Below are positions 10,701-18,119 of a stretch of 64,000 nt of DNA, one piece after another (positions within the stretch are counted from its first letter, which is position 1; every line of letters starts with the position of its first letter). The position numbers and the translations under genes were made by a program. Where the stretch lies: the IMG/VR virus record IMGVR_UViG_3300035498_000404, positions 1-64,000 of that record; one strand, given 5' to 3'. The DNA comes from a virus. Its lineage: Duplodnaviria; Caudoviricetes. Below the pieces are notes generated by a model that was not told the DNA's origin, did no database searches, and was given only the letters and a program-made list of their open reading frames with translations.

Positions 10701-11695
10701 AGAATATGAAGTTCGTATTCTTGATGTGAAATTCGTCAGGAAGAAGTGCCGAACTCCTAAATTATATTTTAGGATGAAGATGTGCTCTAGTCCCCTAGTA
10801 AATATCGGGAAACCGAGGGTATTAACGAGATAAAACTAAAGGGGTTACATATTCGCCCCCTCCTTCTCATTGGTCTAAGAAACAAAAATACATTCAAATT
10901 CCAGACGGAGCAACGCAGGAAGAAATAGATAGTATAACAGAACAAAACAAAGAGATTCAATTTCAAAATAATATATGTTGTAGTAAAAAGACTTATTTCT
11001 TTGGATATGTATATCCTCAGAAAATGAGAGAATATAAGCAACACAAGAAAGCATATAACAATATGTGTTATATAAAATTTGGAATGGGAATCAATGATTT
11101 AATTAGAATCGTCGATAAAAGTCCAGAGCAAAAAAAGTTATTAAAGGAATATTACCAGTATTCTCCTTTATTTAATTCTAAATGCTCTATGAATATTTTG
11201 GCAAAATATATTGAAGATTTTGATTTCAAATATAAATTTGCCAAGAACACACATTCATTTGACTATACTTGTCTAATGTCTTGTGACGAATCTGAAATTA
11301 ATAAAGTAACATTATCCGAAGTAAGAACCTTATTAAAAAGATATACTAAGTTAAGTAATGATATTACCGTAAACTTATCTTATTTAAGACGGTATCTCGA
11401 TGCCGATGAAGCAGAGGAAACTCGCGGATTTATGTTTGATGAACTGTATAATGACTTCTTTGTTGATGTTGTTAGAATCCTTGGTAATGAGCAGACAGCA
11501 GTAAATTATGTTGTTTATGCTTGTTATGGATTTAAAAATACTTATCAAAAGTCATTATTATGGTATTGTCTTGGAGATTATGTTGCAAAAAATGTAAAGA
11601 ATAATTCAAAACATAGATATAAAATAGTTCAAAATGACAATGGAAAGCCGTATTTTGGTAAAAATTATACACTTATTGATGAATATAAGGAGTAA
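7696..11695 (+). CDS. Single-subunit double-psi-barrel DNA-dependent RNA polymerase (SPbeta YonO-like), 5 exons: 7696-9354, 9600-9611, 9925-10197, 10507-10511, 10828-11695; about 938 aa
   Basis: AFDGAGMISP, IRAPFIKG and QRSPL motifs; splicing restores SDA|DFDG|DIVLTTDN (catalytic DxDGD) and QGN|AI|DKTKG; exon lengths sum to 2817 nt, in frame. Confidence 0.9.
9355..9599 (+). mobile_element. Group I intron RNAP-I1 (no ORF)
   Basis: P1 AGACGCU/GGCGUCU; P7 GCAUA/UAUGC; ends in G. Confidence 0.88.
9612..9924 (+). mobile_element. Group I intron RNAP-I2 (no ORF)
   Basis: P1 ACGGU/GCCGU; AACUGCGGGAA and AAUCCGCAAC core elements; P7 GACCAU/AUGGUC; ends in G. Confidence 0.88.
10198..10506 (+). mobile_element. 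Group I intron RNAP-I3 (no ORF)
   Basis: P1 GAAAU/GUUUC; P7 GACUA/UAGUC; ends in G. Confidence 0.85.
10512..10827 (+). mobile_element. Group I intron RNAP-I4 (no ORF), sequence relative of RNAP-I3
   Basis: P1 GGCAAU/GUUGCC; P7 GAGCA/UGCUC; shares AAATTCGGTGAAC, GTGCTAACAG and GGAAGTGCCGAAC-like blocks with I3. Confidence 0.85.
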
Positions 11696-11697
11696 AA

Positions 11698-12447
11698 ATG
11701 GTTTTTGAAGAGCGACCAGAGGTTGCTGAAAGACTTCTAAGAAAAGAAAGATTGACCGCTAAACGTGCTTTCTCCGAAGCGGCACAGATAATACGTTATC
11801 TTCGCTTCCTTAATTATAGCGAAGACCAGATTATGGATGTTGTTATCCCTCTTCTGGCCGAACTATATAAAGTGCCTAGTAGAGATGATATGGTTAAATG
11901 TTACAAGTCTTGCAGCAAAGTAGCAGATAGACTTATTCCTATTAGGACTGACCCTGTTAGGGTGTCTATTAGACAAATAGACGAGATTAGAAAGATAGGC
12001 AATCCAGATATAGAGAGATTTATATTTACGGCTTTATGTATATACAACTATTATAAGGTTGCCAAAACAGAGTATGTTGTGAAAGTTTCCGAAGCTCAAA
12101 AGGCTTCTGGAATCCGTGGCGGTAAGAAACTTGCTAATATGTCAGCATTATTTCCATATGTTGATATTAGAATTCTAAAGAATGAAGCATACGTGATGTT
12201 TAGTCCTGAATTTTTGGCAATGAATGAACCTGAGTATTTAGAAATAAATAATTGTGTTAATATTTCATATTATTACGAAGAATTTATTGGACGAGGTAAA
12301 TATATTCACTGCAAAAATTGCGGAGCTATTGAATTAAGAAACAGTAAGGCTAGAAAATTCTGTATGTTGTGTTCTGACCAAAATCACAAAAAGTGGCGTA
12401 GAAGAAGTAAAAACCCTGAAACTTTTATTGGAGAACGCTTGTGGTGA
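11698..12447 (+). CDS. Hypothetical protein with a C-terminal zinc ribbon (possible RNAP accessory factor)
   Basis: CKNC...CMLC; directly follows the RNAP gene. Confidence 0.75.
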   Translation: MVFEERPEVAERLLRKERLTAKRAFSEAAQIIRYLRFLNYSEDQIMDVVIPLLAELYKVPSRDDMVKCYKSCSKVADRLIPIRTDPVRVSIRQIDEIRKIGNPDIERFIFTALCIYNYYKVAKTEYVVKVSEAQKASGIRGGKKLANMSALFPYVDIRILKNEAYVMFSPEFLAMNEPEYLEINNCVNISYYYEEFIGRGKYIHCKNCGAIELRNSKARKFCMLCSDQNHKKWRRRSKNPETFIGERLW

Positions 12448-12580
12448 GGTTAATAAAATTGCATGAAACCCAGTAAATATGGTATTATTAACGATTATAC
12501 CGAAATTTTATTCAATGATAATATTCAAGCTATTTACTTGGTTTTATCAATAAAAGAATTAAAGGAGTAAATTAAATTAA

Positions 12581-12757
12581 ATGATTCAAATTAGTAGAGA
12601 AGATTTTGAAAAGTTACGTAAGGCCAAGCTCATTCGTAATGGGGTAAATAAGAATTACCACATTTTTAACAAGGATAAGCGTGGTAGTCGTAAGAAGTAT
12701 TATATTGTTGAGGAAAAGGCGATTCTTGACTTCCTCGGTCTAACCCCTGAATATTAA
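12581..12757 (+). CDS. Small basic hypothetical protein (58 aa)
   Basis: AAGGAG RBS; MIQISREDFEKLRK...RKKYYIVEE; below the ORF-track length cutoff. Confidence 0.65.
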   Translation: MIQISREDFEKLRKAKLIRNGVNKNYHIFNKDKRGSRKKYYIVEEKAILDFLGLTPEY

Positions 12758-12774
12758 TTGTTGGAGGTGGCCGA

Positions 12775-13356
12775 ATGGATAACGAATTTTATCCCAAGTA
12801 CCTTGACAGAGAAAGAATGTTATCTCAACTCGCATTTCAGAATCGTAAAGTTATGATTTACGATGAAGTTACTGATGATTCTATGTTTAGAGCGCAATTT
12901 GAATTAATGCGAATTCGCGAGAATGATATTAAACTTGGCACAAAGAAGCCAATTGAAATTTATATCAATTCTTATGGCGGTAGCGTGTATGATGGCTTGT
13001 CTCTAATTTCTCTTATCGAGAGCATGAAGGACGAGGGCTACGAGATTACTACTATTAATATGGGCTATGCTATTAGTATGGGCTTTATTATTTCTCTTGT
13101 GGGAACACATAGAAAGGCTTATAGATATGCTAATTATATGTTCCATGATATTAGTACGTATTCTCATGGCAAATTGGAAACCATCAAACAAGATGTTGTT
13201 CAAGCTGAAAATCTCAGAAACATGACTACTTCTATCATCTTAAAATACACTTCACTTACTGAAGATTATATCAATCATGTGTTTGAAACAAAGACCGATA
13301 AGTATTTTAATGCTGATGAAGCACTGGAACTGAATATTTGTGACGAGGTGATTTAA
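12775..13356 (+). CDS. clpP: ClpP-family protease
   Basis: YINSYGGSVYDG, AISMG (catalytic Ser), MFHD (His), DKYFNADEALE. Confidence 0.9.
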   Translation: MDNEFYPKYLDRERMLSQLAFQNRKVMIYDEVTDDSMFRAQFELMRIRENDIKLGTKKPIEIYINSYGGSVYDGLSLISLIESMKDEGYEITTINMGYAISMGFIISLVGTHRKAYRYANYMFHDISTYSHGKLETIKQDVVQAENLRNMTTSIILKYTSLTEDYINHVFETKTDKYFNADEALELNICDEVI

Positions 13357-13357
13357 C

Positions 13358-13681
13358 ATGGGTATTTCTAAGAAAGTTTCTACTATTTCTAATAAAAAGT
13401 GCGGTTGTAGTGCCGCTCCTGTTGCCGAATCTAAAAAGGAAACACTCAAAGTTGATATTGATATGGACGCGTTCCAAAAGGGCGTTTCCGAGGCTTCAAA
13501 TCTCGCTGGCAAGATTGCCGCTTTAATCTCTGTTGGTATCAGCGGAGAGATGGCTCTTTCTTACTTTGCCACTCTGGCAGAGAACGAGAGTGTGGCCGAG
13601 GCCAACGAAAAGGTTGCCAAGATTACAGCAGATGCTCAAATTGTCTGTTCCAAGATTGAGGCAGCACAGGAAGATTTTTAA
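13358..13681 (+). CDS. Hypothetical protein
   Basis: GAGGTG RBS; codon usage like the highly expressed genes. Confidence 0.75.
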   Translation: MGISKKVSTISNKKCGCSAAPVAESKKETLKVDIDMDAFQKGVSEASNLAGKIAALISVGISGEMALSYFATLAENESVAEANEKVAKITADAQIVCSKIEAAQEDF

Positions 13682-13709
13682 ATTTCTTCAAAAAAATTTT
13701 AAAAAGTGC

Positions 13710-13738
13710 TTGACAAATAGAAATGTTTGTGATATAAT
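13710..13738 (+). promoter_or_regulatory. sigmaA-type promoter for HU and the tRNA cluster
   Basis: TTGACA-17-TG-A-TATAAT. Confidence 0.85.
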
Positions 13739-13802
13739 ATAGACATAAGGAACGAAGAGTTCCTTAATGATGAATCAAATGAATTAAAGGAGAAATAATT
13801 AT

Positions 13803-14072
13803 ATGTCTAGTGTTGAATTTGCTAAGACCTTTGCCGCTAATGCGGACATTACTCAGAAGTTTGCGAAGGAGCTGCTTGCCACTCTGGAATCTACGATTAA
13901 GACCTCGCTGGAAAGTGGCACGAAGTTTACTGTCGCTGGTGTGACTTTCAATGTAAAGGACATTGAAGCTCGTACTGGTCGCAATCCTTCGACTGGTGAA
14001 TCTATTGAAATTCCCGCGCATAAGCGCGTTGTTGTTAAGGCTACTAAGAGCCTCAAGGATTCTGTGAACTAA
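13803..14072 (+). CDS. hup: HU-family histone-like DNA-binding protein
   Basis: ARTGRNPSTGESIEIPA...KSLKDSV signature. Confidence 0.95.
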   Translation: MSSVEFAKTFAANADITQKFAKELLATLESTIKTSLESGTKFTVAGVTFNVKDIEARTGRNPSTGESIEIPAHKRVVVKATKSLKDSVN

Positions 14073-14140
14073 CACTCCACCTTGTTAAATGGTTGTATAA
14101 CCTAAATATACCGTCTGGCAGAACGTATCTGCCTATATAA

Positions 14141-14218
14141 CGCGGATAAGTTGAGCAAGTTGCACACAATGGCCTCATAAGCCATGATTAGACGGAGCGT
14201 TACCGTAATCCGCACCCA
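14141..14218 (+). tRNA. tRNA-Met(CAU), initiator-like, atypical
   Basis: Anticodon arm ATGGC-CTCATAA-GCCAT; acceptor CGCGGAT/ATCCGCA with a C1:A72 mismatch; non-canonical T loop AGCGTTA. Confidence 0.65.
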
Positions 14219-14304
14219 ATACTGGTTATACTTTTATAATTTTAAAAGCCCTAGTTTCGTTCCAGTATAAATAAACGAAAAGGGGATGCGGCAGAACCGC
14301 ATAA

Positions 14305-14378
14305 TGAGGGTTATCATAAAAGTAGTGAGGCGGGCTTTGACCCCGTATAAATTGGGGCAGTACCAATACCCTCAACCA
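14305..14378 (+). tRNA. tRNA-Gln(UUG)
   Basis: Acceptor TGAGGGT/ACCCTCA plus ACCA; GCGGG-CTTTGAC-CCCGT; T loop GGCAGTA. Confidence 0.8.
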
Positions 14379-14404
14379 ATACCGCTTGAAAGAGCGGCAC
14401 ATAT

Positions 14405-14478
14405 AGAGAATATAGTGTAACAGTAACACGCGGACTTTGGGAGTCTGAGAAGCGGGGCAGCACCGATATTTTCTACCA
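14405..14478 (+). tRNA. tRNA-Pro(UGG)
   Basis: CGGAC-TTTGGGA-GTCTG anticodon arm; 3' ACCA; T loop GGCAGCA. Confidence 0.7.
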
Positions 14479-14552
14479 CATCATGCGAGATTTTGAGCGC
14501 TTCTCCAAAATCAACGCAGTAGTGCAATTTGTTATTTGTGTACTAGATGTTT

Positions 14553-14616
14553 TATAGACAGTTACAGCAAACTAATAAAAAATTGTTAATGGGAATACAA
14601 TCTAAAAACTGTCTAT
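14553..14616 (+). ncRNA. Putative small RNA, TAGAC..TACAGCAA..GTCTA motif copy 1
   Basis: Closing helix ATAGACAGTT/AACTGTCTAT followed by ACAGCAAA; motif repeated at 14778-14873. Confidence 0.45.
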
Positions 14617-14623
14617 TTTATAT

Positions 14624-14697
14624 GGTCGATTAGATTAGATGGATAAATCGTCGCCCTGTCACGGCGAAGACCACGAGTTCGATTCTCGTATTGACCG
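14624..14697 (+). tRNA. tRNA-Asp(GUC)
   Basis: TCGCC-CTGTCAC-GGCGA; GTTCGATT T loop; acceptor GGTCGAT/ATTGACC. Confidence 0.9.
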
Positions 14698-14777
14698 CTT
14701 TTATTTTGAGTCCCACAGCCGATGTTGGCGTTAGCGCGAACCGCAAGACGAGCTGTTTATAGTTGCCACAAACTTAT

Positions 14778-14873
14778 TAGACCCGTACAGCAAAATTATA
14801 AAACAAGATTATAATGATATTTATGGTACTGAGTAATTCTTTTAGAATAATTCACAAAAAAACATTGGGTCTA
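14778..14873 (+). ncRNA. Putative small RNA, TAGAC..TACAGCAA..GTCTA motif copy 2
   Basis: TAGACCC/GGGTCTA closing helix with compensatory changes relative to copy 1; same TACAGCAAA. Confidence 0.45.
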
Positions 14874-14881
14874 TTTTATAT

Positions 14882-14954
14882 GCTAGTATAGCTCAATTGG
14901 CAGAGCCACTAATTTGTAATTAGAAGGTTGTTGGTTCGATTCCGACTATTAGCT
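14882..14954 (+). tRNA. tRNA-Thr(UGU)
   Basis: GCTAGTA/TATTAGC; AGCTCAATTGGCAGAGC D arm; loop TTTGTAA; GGTTCGATTCC. Confidence 0.9.
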
Positions 14955-14964
14955 TTTTTTATAT

Positions 14965-15049
14965 GCGAGTGTGGTGGAATTGTCAGACACGCAGCGTTTA
15001 GGCCGCTGTTTCGTAAGAAGTGAGAGTTAGAGTCTCTCCATTCGCACCA
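14965..15049 (+). tRNA. tRNA-Leu(UAG)
   Basis: CAGCG-TTTAGGC-CGCTG; long variable arm; 3' ACCA. Confidence 0.85.
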
Positions 15050-15063
15050 AAGGAATTATATAT

Positions 15064-15151
15064 GGCAGTGTGGCAGAGTGAATTAATGCAGATGTCTTGA
15101 AAACATCCGAGTGTAACAGCTCCGAAGGTTTGAATCCTTCCACTGTCGCCA
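15064..15151 (+). tRNA. tRNA-Ser(UGA)
   Basis: GATGT-CTTGAAA-ACATC; long variable arm; 3' GCCA. Confidence 0.9.
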
Positions 15152-15230
15152 AATCCAGCATAAGCTGGTAATAAACTGTTCCAAAGATTAGACGGAACAT
15201 ATAATGATGACCAATAGGAGGGTCAAAATT

Positions 15231-15515
15231 ATGAAATATTACAGCGAAATTACAAACAAAGTTTATGACACGGAAGAGCTGCTGAATAAAGCAGAAGAGG
15301 CAGAAGCCGCCAAGAAAGAAGCGGAAATTGCAAAGCGAAATGAGCGCTCTCAGAATGCAAAGAAAGTTGAAGAGGCGCGAAAGAAAGCCACAGAAGCAAT
15401 CAATGCTTATGAAAAAGAATTGAAGGATTTCTGCGAGAAATATGGTTCGTATCATACTTCAATTGAAGCGCCAATGACAAATCTCTTTGATTTCTTGTTT
15501 GGCGAATACATCTAA
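15231..15515 (+). CDS. Hypothetical coiled-coil phage protein
   Basis: MKYYSEITNKVYDTEEL...FCEKYGSYH; GGAGG RBS. Confidence 0.75.
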   Translation: MKYYSEITNKVYDTEELLNKAEEAEAAKKEAEIAKRNERSQNAKKVEEARKKATEAINAYEKELKDFCEKYGSYHTSIEAPMTNLFDFLFGEYI

Positions 15516-15526
15516 TTTGAATTTAT

Positions 15527-15561
15527 CCCGCAGGATTAATACCCCTGCGGGTTTTATTTTT
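15527..15561 (+). terminator. Rho-independent terminator
   Basis: CCCGCAGG/CCTGCGGG followed by TTTTATTTTT. Confidence 0.8.
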
Positions 15562-15604
15562 AGGAGAAAAGGGCATCAATATACCAAGGCAAATGTGAGA
15601 GGGC

Positions 15605-16072
15605 GTGATTCTTATAGAAGCCACAGTGCTGGTTGCTATTATTACTGGTTCGTTTTCTCTCATTACTTTTCTCTTAACTAGATATTTCACTACTTAGGAC
15701 AAAAAGACTGAAAAAAGTGAAGAAAAGACAGAAAAGTACAATGAACTTCAGAGAAAAGAAGAAGAAATTACAAAAGAAGTTGATGGTCTAAAAGAAGTCG
15801 TTGATAAGGTTTTAACTTGTAACGAAGAACAGACACAAATTCTGAATGTTCTTTCTAATGCTATGAGAGATACGCTTCGTAACAGTATAATAGTAATGTA
15901 TAACAAATATTATTTAGAATACAAATATCTTCCATTACATGAGAGAGAAAATCTTTCTCATATGGCAACGGAGTATTTCGCTTTAAATGGGAATGGGGTT
16001 GTACCGCCACTCATTGAAAAGATGTACGGATTACCAACAGAGCCTCCTGACGAAGAGGATAAATCAAAATAA
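15605..16072 (+). CDS. Holin-like membrane protein (TAG readthrough at 15695)
   Basis: N-terminal hydrophobic helix VLVAIITGSFSLITFLL, then *DKK, a coiled coil, and a C-terminal LRNSI..Y..Y...LP..ERENL...YFALNGNG motif common in Firmicutes phage lysis-region proteins. Confidence 0.6.
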
Positions 16073-16099
16073 TATTTAATTGGAGTAAAAGGGGTTTAT

Positions 16100-17056
16100 A
16101 TGAGTAAGAAGTTCAATGATTTTTTAATGGAGATAGGTGGCAAAGTAATGTCCACCTCAATGACATGGGAAGAAGCCGCCAAAGAATTGAATGAATTAAC
16201 AGGAAATGATTATGGCGAAAGCACGTACAGAAAGAGATATAAGTATCTTTGCGAGGGTATAGATTATATAAATTCTAAAGAAGACGAATCTTATATTAGA
16301 ATTTTGTCTATTTCTGATTTGCATATTCCTTTCCAGAGAGATGCAGAAGTTTTTTCTGATTTTATAGGTAAAGTTGACATTCTGCAATTAAATGGTGATA
16401 TTGTGGATTGTCAGGCTTTATCAAAATTTCCAAAAGTTTTCAGAATGAGTCCGATTGAGGAAATTATCGAAGCTCGTAGATATTGTATAGGCTTAATTAG
16501 AATGATTAAACCTAAAAAGGTTGTCGTAAATGTTGGCAACCACGATATTCGGTTTCAAAATTATATTGCTAAGAATATAGATTCTGACTTATTAGAATTA
16601 ATGCCGAGAACGTCATTACAATTAATTTTTGTGGACGGGTTCAAACGGTATAATAAATTTACTGGTGAATCCACTTCTTTTAAACCAATTCGTGAAGTTG
16701 TTGATGCAGAGATTGAGTTTGTAGATGATTGGTATAGCCAGATTGGCAAGACCATATTCTGTCATCCGTTGAGTTTTTCGTCTGGTATGATGGCTACTGC
16801 TGAAAAAGCCAGACGTTATTTTAAAGATTCTGGATATGAGTTTGATACACTTGTAATGGCGCATACTCATAGAATTGGTTACTATTTTGTGGGAGACACA
16901 AGAATATATGAGCAGGGCGCTGCTTGTGATACTTCTAAGATGAATTATATTGATGGAAAATTAACAACTCCACAAAAAGAAGGATTTATATATTTGTGTC
17001 AAGATTCTGAGGGTAATCTAATTAAGAGTACCGTTCAGCAGATTGAATTGAATTAA
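16100..17056 (+). CDS. Metallophosphoesterase (calcineurin-like)
   Basis: SDLH, NGDIVD, GNHD and AHTH motifs. Confidence 0.9.
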   Translation: MSKKFNDFLMEIGGKVMSTSMTWEEAAKELNELTGNDYGESTYRKRYKYLCEGIDYINSKEDESYIRILSISDLHIPFQRDAEVFSDFIGKVDILQLNGDIVDCQALSKFPKVFRMSPIEEIIEARRYCIGLIRMIKPKKVVVNVGNHDIRFQNYIAKNIDSDLLELMPRTSLQLIFVDGFKRYNKFTGESTSFKPIREVVDAEIEFVDDWYSQIGKTIFCHPLSFSSGMMATAEKARRYFKDSGYEFDTLVMAHTHRIGYYFVGDTRIYEQGAACDTSKMNYIDGKLTTPQKEGFIYLCQDSEGNLIKSTVQQIELN

Positions 17057-17069
17057 AGGGGACGGTGTA

Positions 17070-18119
17070 ATGCCGAGAGGAAGAAGACCTTCTACTACTA
17101 CAACAAAGAAAGTAGCAGAAAAGGCCGGAGCACCGAAAGTTGTATGTTTATGGTGCGGCTGTGATAATCAGTCAAACTTTTATCAATGCAAAGACAGACA
17201 TCGTAGGTACTTTGGTAAAATTCCTTATTGTAAGGAATGTATATAGAAAATATATGATGAAAAACTGGCGAGGTATAATGGAAACATTAACCTCGCCCTT
17301 TATTATACTCTAAGAAAAATTGATGTTCCATATATTCATGTCGCATATCTTGGAGCGCTTGATAATGTTAGAAATGAGAACGCTAAAATCAGAGGCGAAG
17401 AGAATATTTTAAAAGCATATATGAAAAATATGTCTTTTGCCGAAAATAATGGCTGGGGTTTCTCATTTGATGAAAGCCAAGGCGAAAATGAAATTGAGGG
17501 TTTGGCTTCATATGACGACGTTATAAAAGTCAAGAGACGAATTAGTGGAGCAAACACTTCCAATAATCAGGATTATGATTTGATAGAATTAGATGCGCAA
17601 GACCTCGTTCAAAAATGGGGGCAGTTTGACGATGATGATTTAGCTTGGCTAGAATCTGAGTATATGGACTGGGAAGAGCAGCTAAATGGTATTAGCGATA
17701 AGAGCGTTGATATTATGATTCGTCAGGTGTGTTTGCAGTTAAATGAAATTCGCAAGGATAGACAAGAAGGAATTCCTGTTGAAAAGAAGATTGCCACATT
17801 ACAGCAACTTATGAAAACAAGCGGATTGACTGAATTGCAAACAATTGATGATAAACCTCAAAATATTGGAATGAATATCCGAGATATTGAATTTAGAAGA
17901 CCAATTAAACAGGTTGACCCGGAATTGGCAGACGTTGACAACGTGCATATGATTCTGGATGCCTTTATTGGTGGAACGTCAAGAGCTATTGGTAAAGAAA
18001 ATGAATTTACCGAGAGATTTGATGAAGAGTATGGTAAATATACCATTGATATTATAGATGAATTAAAAGGGAAAGTGGCAATTCAAGAGCCAGAAATAAC
18101 TGGTGATTCCGATGGATAA
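17070..18119 (+). CDS. Zinc-finger protein preceding the terminase (probable small terminase subunit); TAG at 17244
   Basis: ATG 17070 is in frame with ORF 17421; CLWC...CKECI*K; position directly upstream of TerL. Confidence 0.7.

Noticed and set aside
7696-11695. Inteins, group II introns or programmed frameshifts as the cause of the split RNAP, TerL and TMP
   Set aside because: Inserts contain stops, lack GUGYG starts and reverse transcriptase, and show group I P1 and P7 signatures.
14965-15049. tRNA with TAG in its anticodon loop as the amber suppressor
   Set aside because: Anticodon UAG reads CUA/CUG (Leu); a suppressor needs anticodon CUA. It also has a Leu-type long variable arm.
15064-15151. 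tRNA with anticodon TGA as a selenocysteine or opal tRNA
   Set aside because: Anticodon UGA reads UCA (Ser). TGA is used as a normal stop in this window.
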